Origin: Magallana gigas
Taxonomy: Eukaryota
Reading direction: 5' to 3'
Length of the DNA: 64,000 nucleotides
Assembly: GCF_963853765.1 (NCBI RefSeq)
Contig: NC_088855.1
Span: forward strand, 53,878,001 to 53,942,000
Shown here: positions 36,301 through 48,009 of the stretch, piece after piece
Layout of the letters: each line of letters opens with the position of its first letter
How positions within the stretch are numbered: position 1 is the first letter of the stretch
Notes under the pieces: model-generated
What the model was told of the DNA's origin: nothing
Seen by the model: the letters and a program-made list of their open reading frames with translations, nothing else
Database searches by the model: none
Translations under genes and position numbers: made by a program

Positions 36301-39300
36301 AATATGAAGGTTATTCCCCTTGAATTGGTGCAAAATGCAAAACAATGTTCTTTCAGAGAAACAAAATGCATGTACCTTTAGTATTGCCCTATAGGAATGG
36401 CCGTCTGTAAGGCTTTGGGTTTGATTCATTATTATGTTAAATGAACTTCCAAATGCAGGATAAAATGCCATTACACTTTCACCATTCTCAGAAAAAAGGG
36501 CGCATTCCAAGTCTTTGATATGACTTTCGTCGTCATAGAATCCTTTCCAGTGCACCGTTACAGCACCACTGCTTACGTAACTTTTCTGCATGACATTTCC
36601 TACATACACTGTACCAGCATGGGGAGGAGTTATATCTACTGTTACCTTGGTAACGACGTAATTACTTTTTAATCCTGCTCTGTTTGTAGCTACAATAGTG
36701 TTGTACTGTTTGAATATTAAATCCAGTTACACATGTTTATATTCAAATTGATAAATAATTGTGTTTATATACTTAAGGAATAAGGAATCATTCTTTGAGT
36801 ATTATGAGGTGATAGTTTTCACTATGCTCCAACAGAAATTATCACCTTATAATATTCAAAGAATGATTCCTTATTGCTTTTCTTTAATTCATGTTGTGTG
36901 CAAGAAAAAGAAACAACATTTCAAAAACACTATTTTTTTCATGTAGCACATGGTATGTATTACTACGCGGCGCAACCAATACCGTTTTTCGCTTATGCTA
37001 TAAGACCCGCCCATTTCGTCTCGCTAATCTTTTTATGAAATTATTGGGCTATAGGCTTCAAAATTGATTCGTCATGTTAACACAGAGAAAGACAGCTGAA
37101 AATGTAAATATATAATGATAAATAATATCAATTCCACTCATGTGTTATATGGATTGTAAAAATCAAAATTACCTGAAACACTGACAAAATAGGTCTCTCC
37201 TTGGCTTAAACGAAGATGCGGAATATTTATTTTCCCAGGATGGATTGATTTGCGCCAGTTGAAAACATCGTCTGTTTGAGGGTTTGTACCTAAAAATTTG
37301 TAACAGAAAACTTTCATTCTTTAATTTGCTTTAATTTAACCAGAGTATTTTCCCACATTTTCTTTAACGTATTATCAGTTATATCACAAAAGCTTTAGTA
37401 CCTATTGCATATTCATAAAAGGCAATGGATGGTATTTCATCTGTTCCAATTGGCATTGTGTCCTCTAAAAATGGCTCAACGTATAGTGATAAGGCCGACA
37501 TCGTAAAGATGAAGCCATTTACATTTGGTATTGCTATTCTTCCTGTTATCGGAGGAGTTGCGTCAACCAATATTCCATCACTACAGCCGTACAACTTGTT
37601 TTCACCTCGAACGCAAGAGTATAATAAAGATCCATGAGTAAAATCTTTTTTTTTAAACAAGGCTATTCCTGTGTTTGTACTTGTAGCCATAATGCAATCC
37701 GTAAGCTGGTGACATTGATCACCATATTCTGGTGTTGACGTCGAAGTCATAAGAAATACTTTTAAGTTTTCCCCGCCATGTCCCAAAATAAGAACAGCTA
37801 TTTCTATAATGGGTGAACAGTGGTCAATTTCTAGTTCTAAGAATTCGTCATAAAGGCTTCCTAGATGTTCGCTGAATGAAGCATGAGTAATGACATCTAC
37901 AAAACTCTTATCGAGTTTCTGGAAATCTAAGTCGAAAACTTTAAGGTGATTATCCCTCCTGGTGTTTGCAATTTTCACATCTTTGCACTGATACATCCAT
38001 TCTTCGTCTCCGATCCAAAATTTCAAACAGAAGTAAAGTTTGTGTGTCCAGCTTTCAAAATTACGAAGCGTTGTTTTAACCTACAATATATTTTCAATTG
38101 TAAAAAGATCCTTAATAAATCATAATTGTTACTGAAGTACATTTGCTTTCACCAAAATTAAACTTACTTGATTGGAAACTTTCACTTCTGTCCACTTTGA
38201 GAGAATGTCTCTTCCGTTTTCGTCTGAAGTAAGGGCCCAGAATCCAAAGAGCTCGCCACTGTCTAAAACCTCATTTTGAACCTCCCAGTTTACATTAAGT
38301 GTTGCGTGATTATCAGAGAAAGTTATCAACGCCTCTTTTATATCTAACAGAAATGTTTGCGCATTGTATATGAATCAAACTCCAAACAAAACTGCCCGAA
38401 ACAAGGCGATACTCCTATAGTGTACGTTAAATTGTCAACAAGATGAACATTTTTAAAAGAAGCGTTGGCTCTCATACCGGGTATCGTTTGCATGGCAATC
38501 AACGTGTTCTTTATTCCTTGTCGTAGTTGAACTATATATTGAGTTGGCTGAATAAGATTTTTAAAGTGCCAGTAGGTAAAAATTTCATCCGTATGTTTCA
38601 AGAATTCTTCATCAAGATTGCACTGGTAGAAACTTGCATTGAAAGGTTTATTTGTATTAGTAGTGAAATTCAAAATGGGAGACTTTGGAAAAAATATAAA
38701 TATTTTGTAGTTTCTCCGTGATATTTCTGTTAAAACCCGAACTTTGGGAGAATTCAAGGTAATTGATTTGGAAAAAATTACAATTGAGTAAACTTTTCCA
38801 ATTTTTAACGTTTTGTTTATCAATATCTCGTATTCCGTTGTATTCTTCATTGTGTGTACGAAAATTAAATCTGATGAATCTGATGAGCATCGTTTCCCAT
38901 CATGCACATGGAAGTTGGATAGAAAATAGTTTGGTTCAATGAATGTTAATCCGTCAGATGAAACTACTGATTCTCCACCAACACATTGCGCTTTTACAAT
39001 TGAATAATATTTAAAAAATGGTTTAAACTCTGTCGCATTAAAACATGTTTTATATTTTGTCGACGGGATGGTATATTGAATAACATCAGCATGTCCTTTT
39101 CTCGTTCCGACTCCCACCTTAAAGGATACATTTTCATGATGGTCAAAGCCTTTTAACTTTATGCATAATTTATTTGGGTACAGCAAGTAATCTAGATCAG
39201 TAAAGTCCTCGGACTCTTCATTTATGTCTATGACGATTCCTCGACTTGGAGCATCCTGGCTAGGTATTTGAAACACTTTTGTTCGCGTATATGCCGTGTG

Positions 39301-42300
39301 ACCTGCCTTATTTGTAATGATAACCTCTGCAAAATAGTTCAGCAAATTTTCGGTTTTTGCACGATGAAGTCGATCAACAGGATATGCTATGCAGTCAATG
39401 GCATTAGCTTGTGGACATAGTTGTGATTTATAGTGTTGTAAAAGAGGCGTAACAAATGTAGACCCAGATCCTACAACAAAATAAAAAACCTTTAAAAGTC
39501 TCAGACACACTTAAATCAATATAAAACAAACAGTTAATATATGACAACCAGATACATACCAATACGGAACAGTATGGAAGAAATTGGGTCAGTTTCTTCT
39601 TCATCTACAAATGTTTGATTTTCCCATCCAATGTAGATAGTTTTGTTTTTGATATCCACAATCAGCTCTTTGGTTAATACTATTGGAGTACAGTCAATAA
39701 TTAAAGGTCCAACTGGAATAGTTTTTTCAACTCCTGCTTTGGATTTGCTTTTTAGGTACATCCAAAATCTTTGAGCACTTCGCAACCCAGAATGATGATT
39801 GAAATATCTAGAATGGCCTGATGTTTTTTCGAATGACACAAGTGAAGGACTGAGATATTCTGAGAAAGACTGTCCAAACCCAACATAAAAGTCTTGAAGT
39901 TGAGATTCACTACCACGGTATTTCCACTCAACATTAATCGAACCAGATGGAATATAGATTTCTTGGTTGACAAATGGAGGAGTTTTTCCACATATTCCCT
40001 CAGAGTAAGTTTCATCGGACCCAATATTGTGTAAGCTTGGTAAAGCGTGAATAAATATCTGAAATGTATTATTTCTACAGATATCAATGCATTTGGGAGT
40101 TTTTCTAAGTGAAACTTTTGTAAGATCCCGTAGTATAAGAAACGGATTGTGATGATCATCACACGCTATTCCTTGTCCTGTCGTGAATTTGAAACCAGTT
40201 AAATTAAAGATTTCAATTGGAGACAAGTCGTATGTAATGCCATCTGAGCAAGCAACATCAGATGGTTCTCCGGCATTGTTGAAAGCAATAACGGATGAGA
40301 TAAACGTGCCTTCCTTTGGAAAATATATACGTGCGGAGTTTTCCGTAGTATTAATCACAACAATGCTGTCATTGTTTACCCCATTTAGCATTTCTTCTAG
40401 TTTTAAACACCAGGGAGACAATGCAACTTTGTAAAGAAGTATTCCACTTTCATGGTCAACGAAGCCATCCCAATTAATAAAAGTATTATTCTCTTCCGTA
40501 AAGTCAATGTCCTTTTCACCAAACACGCCTTCTCTAACTACGCCTTTGACGGGAGCGGACTCGTCAACAAGTATGTCTACATGATCTACGGTTCGGAGGA
40601 ATGCATTATTCGTGACAACGAAAGTAAAGAAGTATTCTCGGTTGTGAAGACCTGTATTCGTATTATTGCCAATTAACTTTGACATGTCTAAATTATACAA
40701 AGACTTTTCACAAGCCCCATGTGATAGGCAGTAACAGTCTGTAGAATTATTGCAGTCAGCCTGAAAAATGTAAAGTATTTGGTAGTTAACTTAAGACATG
40801 TATCAAAGACACAATAGGGAGGGAGGTTATTTTCTTAATATACCCGTTCAATGAGAATAAAAACTATCATGATATTGCACATGCAACAACTGTGTTCAAA
40901 TACTAAAGAATAATGTACAACACCTTGTGCTGGATGAGTATACAAATGCTAATTAAAAGTGGAATTTTCGCTTAAACCCAAATGAATATATAATTATATT
41001 GATTTTTATAATTTATAATTACCGGAATTGATTGATTTTCTGTGGAAAAATTAAATTCTTATTAAATTTGAATAAAACCCAAATATGATTTTAAAATTCA
41101 TTAGAATTTTTTTTATTATTTATCTCAATGTATCTAATTTCAAATGTAAACATATCTTATGTCAAACGAAACTCTCAAGCTAGAGTTGAAATTTTACACT
41201 CTACGAAATGTTCTATCAAATGATGCATGTATATAAAGTGTTCAGAAACAGAAAAAAAGAGTTTTTTAAAAATCCACTGGCATATAATTATACAACATAA
41301 TTTACGATTTTGAGTTTTAAATACCTTTTCAGGTAATCGATTCACTCCAAGAGTTCCATGACCAATATCCATTGACCCACCTTTAGTGCCAAAATACCAC
41401 TCTATAGAGAGGATTCCACTGTGAATGTCCTTAATAGTCAACGTCATTTTCATGTTGGATAGTTCTGAAGTGTTGTGAACAAACAGCCCATTGAAGGCTC
41501 CCCTCTTCAAACCCATGTTGGTAATTTCTGGAACTGATGTATCGATGAAAACCCGTGTAGATTCGTTGTTAGTATTACCCATGATGTCTGTGGCTACCAG
41601 TTCCACCATGACGGAATCCCCATCAAAAAGGGTCAGATTTGTGCAATGGTTCTGAATTAAGACGTTCTTCTGTGATTGATTTGTTATTTCCTTAACATCA
41701 TTTACATATACTGTGAATCTAAAGTCGATAATGCCGTCTACATTAGCGGTACCATTTTTCGGCAAAGGATATTCATTGTCATCGTATATGTCCAAAATTG
41801 TCGCTTTAGTTTCAATCGGTTTCAACAGATTCGATTTTTTCTGAAAAGAATTATAAAATCGACCTGACCAGTCGAAGCAAACAAACTTTTTATGTGTTTG
41901 CCAGATCTTATGTGAACCATTATCAGCTGTTGTGAACTGTAGCCTTTTTGAGTCATCTTTCAACATCGTTGAACTATTGTCAAAAAGAACAAATCTACGA
42001 GAAATTTGAACATTTCCTTCGCCGCTGTTATCTTGAACTTCAAGGTTAATTTCATAAAGGCCACACTTTGCAAATTCAATTTCAAATGTCGTTGAATTTG
42101 ATGATATCCTGGAGTTACTTTTGTCAGCTGTAAGATTTGTTTTTAACTTACTGCCGTCACCATCTATACCATACACAGATATTTCGTATTGGCGAATTCC
42201 TGATGCTTTTATTTGTTTACCATTATGTATATCTTGATCTTTCCAGCCATTTATTTCAATGGTTATAACTGATGATTTGGTAATAGGACTGGATATCTGA

Positions 42301-45300
42301 ATGGGATCTAAGTTTTCACAATCCTTTGTAACTTTACAATGCAAAGGTTTCAGTTGGTCAAACCAAAAGCATTTTTCCTTTATAGTTATCGTTTCATTAT
42401 AATATCTTTTGGGCGAAATACTGCTTGGGTTGTGAAGAGCTGTTGTTTGAAGATACCCTTTACCAACTGCCGTAAAACTGAAGCAAAGCCTTTAAAACAA
42501 AATATAATATTTGAATTTTCTTTAAATCAAAAGCAACAGATTTTTTTATAAATTTTTGATTATGATTTCGTATACTTCCAAAGAGTACATATACATATTC
42601 TGCATTTCATATTTAACATGTCGCTTACCCATCTCCGTTTTGAAGATCGATATCCGATAAAACAGTATTTGTGTGTCTTGCATTGACAGTATCGTCAAGA
42701 TTTCCCACACTGATACCAAGTTCAGAGAGAGCATAGTCAATTATTGCAAATGTGTTTCCTGCAACCAAACAGAAACTTTTTTAATAAATTTTCTTGATTT
42801 AAATTAGACTATATTTGGTATTACTACATGTGTACAAGAAAAAACGCATTAATGATATTTTACCAAAGTCTCTGGCTACAGTAGAGTAATGATAAATATG
42901 AGCGTTTCTCTATAGCTCTTAAACAAAAATGACATTCATGCATTCTTAGCAATCCCCTATCCGGAATTATACATGTAAAACTACCGAGTTGTTTTAGAAA
43001 TTGACTTAAGGATTACGTTTACTCAGGGTTTGAGATTTCAAAAAATATTTTTACAAAGTTCAATTGCTGAAGTCAAAAGATGTTTTAAAAACACAAAATA
43101 ACAGCGCTATTAACAAATATTGACATTGATATTCATGATTTGTTTAGCTGAGGAAAATATGCTTCGAAAAGGTAGATTAATATTAAAACAGAGGAAATTC
43201 GAACTAATTTTTTATTTTCTTATTTTCTCTTAAAAACTATATGTCGCAATGTTATTGCAAAAGTTAAGTTTCTTTATGTTTTCCATATCATTTTACATAT
43301 TTTATGGTTGTATTTACTCGTCTATAAATTCATATCATAGGCTGGCACGCGATCGGAAAAATCTTCAAATGCAAAAAATCGATTCAGGATAAAATATCTC
43401 GAAATTTTGATCATTGACCTTATATAATGATAATGTCAACATAATACAGGCAATAAAAACAGTTTTAGGCAATCAATTGTTTGGAGCTCCTAATAGTCAG
43501 TTTTTTGTAAAATTAATACAAAAATTGGTACAATTTTGGAAATTGATAGAGGGAATTCGGGCTAAATTAAACTTAAAATATGAGCTTCAAACGATTCATT
43601 CAAAAATAAAATAAGTAAAGCTATTCATATTTTATCCTTTCCCTACCTACAAATTGTTTTATTATATCTAATAATAACAGAATAAAGAAAACCTTGAAAA
43701 TGATGGACAATTCTGACAAATTTTGACAATTTTAAAAAAAAAAAATTCAGAGGTCACTAGCAGAAAAAGTAGGTAGTAATTTGAAAGTGAACAATAGCAC
43801 CACCATAGTGGGGCTACAATGTACAATACGTGGTTCTTCGTTCCTATTAGTGTATTTTTTTCGCCCCTGAGTAAACGTACTCCTTTAGTGTCATTTGATT
43901 GTTCTTGCTATTTAAAAAATGCTATTATAACAGTGGAATCCAAGCACTAAGAAAAGAATTGGATTTTAAAGCTATTTGATGTTTGAAATCAAAAATATTC
44001 ATTCATACAAAAAAATGTTAATAAATGTACAAATGATATTTGTTCTTAAAGACATCGTGTTTGCTCATTTTATTTGACAGGCTGCAGAATATACATTTTA
44101 CTGCGCTTGCGTAGAAGAGGAAGAGAAACTCAATATTTATGTGTTGGGCCATAAATAATTCAATTTTTATTTATTTACTTTGGAACACCGTCATTTTTCA
44201 AAATTATATTTTCAGATAAGACATGAAATATGTGAAAGTCATGTAAAAAATTCAGTACTTCACAAATCATAGGTTTTTGCGTCCCCACATTTCTTTTATA
44301 AATGGCCGTTCTTTACAAAAGAAATGTCAGTTGTACATATTTCACTTCAATGTTTTGCGATTTTACATGAAGAATAGTTTTACGTAGTGATGCATTGTCT
44401 GTTGGCTTGTCTGCAAGAAAAAAGTTAGCCTTAAGAATTGTTCACTGTTGTAGAGATGAATGCAATTCCAGATTTGAAATACGAAAAAAATAAACAACAG
44501 AGTCTTCGTGCTACATGTGGGTGCTTTAAAATGTAATGATGTATGTTATAAGTAGAATGCACTAAAACCGCCTTCTTTTCTTAAATTGGTGCATGGGATA
44601 AGGTTTTTTCAAGTGAGAATTAATCTTGTGTACCCTTGTTCATATTGTGAGTACACCAATTCAAAACCTCCCAAAATGGCAACAATTGACGATAAAGCTT
44701 GAATGTGATGTATAAACGCAGATATCGTCTGCGGTAAGCCACTTTGATACTAGGACCACATTTTTAATTATTTATTTGATGACACTTAGAACGTTCATAA
44801 TTTTTTTTAATTTTGCCTGAAAAGAACCTTTTTCGGATTTGGCTATAAAATTTTTTGAATCAAGCCAATCGGTTGCACAGTGCTTGTTGTTGGGTACAAC
44901 ATTAGTAAAATTATGTTGAAGTGTTCACAAGGATTCATACTTTTTTCGAGCACTAATAATATTAAATTCTTATAATCTCTCTTGTTATGAGTAATTAAAT
45001 ATCTCCTGTATGAAACAATTATTTATATACCACACAGAAAATAATCCAAGATTTCTTTTTTGAAGCGCTGCATCTTTCTAGCCAGGTAGATGGATACAGA
45101 AAAAAAGAAAAGTATTTTGATGTTTCATTGCAAACGACATAAATATACCTAGATAATAATCTACTTTCATTCAATGAAAAATCTTATAATAGTTTTCTAC
45201 TTTTTCAAGAGAATAACAATCATGACTCTTAATAATACATCACGCACTATTGCAAACTATTGCAAACATACCTGCACCAACTCTCTTCCATCGAAGTGAA

Positions 45301-48009
45301 ACACTTCCTCCACCTATTCCAAACTTGTACTCTTTTATAAAAGCTGGCTTGGAATGGACTGGTGTAATTACAAAAGAGAACTGCAGACTGAATTCCGTTC
45401 TGTTCGGCAAGAAATTTATGTAGTTATCTCTTTGGTCCATGCAAGCAGAGGATGAATTTAATTTTCTGAGCGTGACGTGCTCTCCGTTTTTTCCATGAAC
45501 TCCAGCAAAACACGTTTCAATAGTTGGCTTACGGGTCACTGGAAATCATAGGTATTGTTCAATAAACAGCAATATTTATGCACCAACTAAACAGGTGTAG
45601 AAATTACCTACTGATACAGTTCGCCTGTGCTGAATCTTTGGCAGTTGAAAAACCATCGTCACAGTGGCAATGTTTGGCAACGTTGTCAGGACCACACGTT
45701 CCAGGCCAACAATACCTATTTTCTTGTGAACACAGCCCTTTAAATAGATAGCATTCAAGTCGCATTTTCCCAGCATTATTAGTTTGACAAGTATAATCGA
45801 TTAAAGTTTCTACAATAGATTAAATATGAAAAGTAATTTACATACATGCACACTCTGTACTGTTATTGTAGAGTTTTACTGGACGACTAGAATTGCATCT
45901 TTTACAATGACCTCTTGGAGACAAATAACAATCCAAATCTATTTCGGCACAATTCTGTATTTTTGACTGGTCTGGAAATGAATTGCGAAGAATTACGAAT
46001 CAAATTCACAATAAAAGAGACAATTTGATATGAATTCCTGTCGATTCACTCACCTTCAATATCAATGTAGATAGCAAATTCGTCAGCTGTGGCTGGTCCT
46101 AGTAATTAATGTGCATAGGTATTTGTTACAAATATCTTTTTTTTATTCCAAATATTTGATACATGCATATAAAAAAGGACAAAATAAAATCAAACATTAC
46201 CACAAACATATTCCACTTGTACAACTTTATGTTCTCCTTCGCAAGGGTCAGAAAATAAGGAGTTCTCTGCAGGGGTGCTACAGTCATTCCTGGAGTTACA
46301 GCTACGTCTGAGAATATGAGTTACAGAGCCCCAACAACTCCCTAATCCATAGCGAGCACTTTGCACCTGTATCAATCCTCCATTTTCGCACCTCAGGGTA
46401 ATGGTATCATGTTCTTTGACTTGGATGTTCCCTAGAATCAAATTTATAATTCTAGTATTATTATTGTAAAAGTACNNNNNNNNNNNNNNNNNNNNNNNNN
46501 NNNNNNNNNNNNNNNNNNNNNNNNNNNNNNNNNNNNNNNNNNNNNNNNNNNNNNNNNNNNNNNNNNNNNNNNNNNNNNNNNNNNNNNNNNNNNNNNNNNN
46601 NNNNNNNNNNNNNNNNNNNNNNGTTCAGAAGTCCAAAAGGAAAATAACGGTTTTATCAATTCTTTACATTACTTACTATGAGTCCATCTTATTGAATAGT
46701 AATTAGGACTAAACAGAATTGCTGGAAGCGAAGGTCCCTCTACGTCACGCCTCTCTGATATTCCCATCCAAAATTCACCTGGATCACCCGAAGAACCACC
46801 GATCCAACGGCTTATGAAGAAACGCCTTTTTGAAGACCGATCGTTGAAAGACACACAGAGATAAAATAATTGATAATCAGGTTGTTACAAAAAATAGTTT
46901 ATATTTTCATATGAAATATATTTTACACATACCCTATGATACCGAAAATACTGTAGGAGCCCGATTTTTGCAGATCTCCATAATCTGAGGTATTTAAGTA
47001 TTCTTTTCTGAACCAGTCAATTTTGTTTGCTGACTTTGGTGGACTAAACATTATTTTTTTCATTTCCAAACCATTTTTGTAGACTGAAAGTTTTACCTAT
47101 AATGAAAGTAATCAATTTACTAGTTATTTGTTTTCAAAACAACAACATTCAAGAAACTTGTATGATGAAAAGATATCAGATTTCGCAAATTTAATATGAA
47201 AAGATTATTTACTTTGTCAAATAACCGTTTTAGTGAAGTTTATTTCAACGAACACCATCTTAAAATAATATAATTTCTTTCGCATAACAAAGGTAAATGC
47301 ATTAATATATTATATTATGCAAGAATCATTAGATTTAAACAATAGTGTCTGCTTGTTCACCTTGTGAATGATCATTTTGTTCCAGTTATCAACCAGCTTG
47401 TTTTTATAGTGTGTGCTGCATCTAGATCCAACGCTATTGGCGCATGGTACATTTTCACCACTTGTTCCTAGATTATTCCACAATGTAAAAATATTATTTG
47501 CGCCCCCGATATCTCCAGAAGCTCCACGAAAAACCATTATCCATTGTTGACCATTCACTACAGCCACTGAAAGGGACAGATATCTTTATATCTATGTTTA
47601 AAGAAGCAATAAAAATCCAAATAATTTTAATTATCATTCTTGAAAATAGGAAGTGTGTCAAAGCAAAATGTGTAATCAGAAGCCCGCAATTTCGAAATTT
47701 CATATACCAAACAATTGATTTTAAACATCATTCATGTACTGAATATAGCATCAAATTAGAGTTTAAACATGGTTAGCTTAACGTGCGAGTTAAAATAAAA
47801 TTTAGAATAAAAATAAATTAAAGAAAAAAGTTAAAAACTTTGTATTTACTCCTTGCATTTAATTAAGACATATAAAATATAAACATAATTTTAAAAAAGA
47901 TTAAATTTTTAAAAAACCATCATTTGTAATATATCTTTAGTGTATACATACGTGACACAAAGAACAAAATGATCTCTCTTTCATGTCGGGTACCTCCCAG
48001 GATACCCAT
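30303..48009 (-). CDS. Very large (~3,400 aa) secreted mosaic protein: signal peptide, unnamed invertebrate N-terminal domain, SUEL/rhamnose-type lectin, Cys-rich EGF-like region, then many FN3-like repeats; contains two apparent lesions
   Basis: About 23 GT-AG exons: 48009-47952, 47566-47361, 47096-46933, 46825-46677, 46431-46201 (SUEL: SARYG...DPCEGEHK), 46098-46054, 45971-~45850 (donor uncertain), 45809-45612, 45538-45272, 42758-42629, 42489-41325, 40760-39560, 39470-38168 (frameshift ~38380), 38080-37402, 37289-37186, 36705-36376, 36290-36183, 36041-35888, 35756-35573, 34741-33180, 32970-31735, 31502-30984, 30571-30303. Signal ...IILFFVSLAVVNG. Repeated W-x-GF-x-D-x-[EH]S-x-I...Y/F...GT and VD-x-[ST]PP-x-x-G motifs. 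No TM segment seen at the C-terminus. Confidence 0.8.
35118..35342 (-). mobile_element. 5'-truncated tRNA-derived V-domain SINE (RUDI-like) with a 16-bp target-site duplication
   Basis: ATTGGATGTAATGTAA at 35102-35117 and 35343-35358. The minus strand has B-box GAGTTCGATCCC and V-SINE core-like GTGGGTTATCTCCGGGTACCCCGGCTTCTTCCCAC. Confidence 0.75.
43010..43883 (+). mobile_element. Kolobok-like non-autonomous TIR element (family A), uninterrupted copy
   Basis: Termini GGATTACGTTTACTCAGGG / CCCTGAGTAAACGTACTCC. Flanks are TTAA (43006-43009) and TTTA (43884-43887). Confidence 0.8.
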
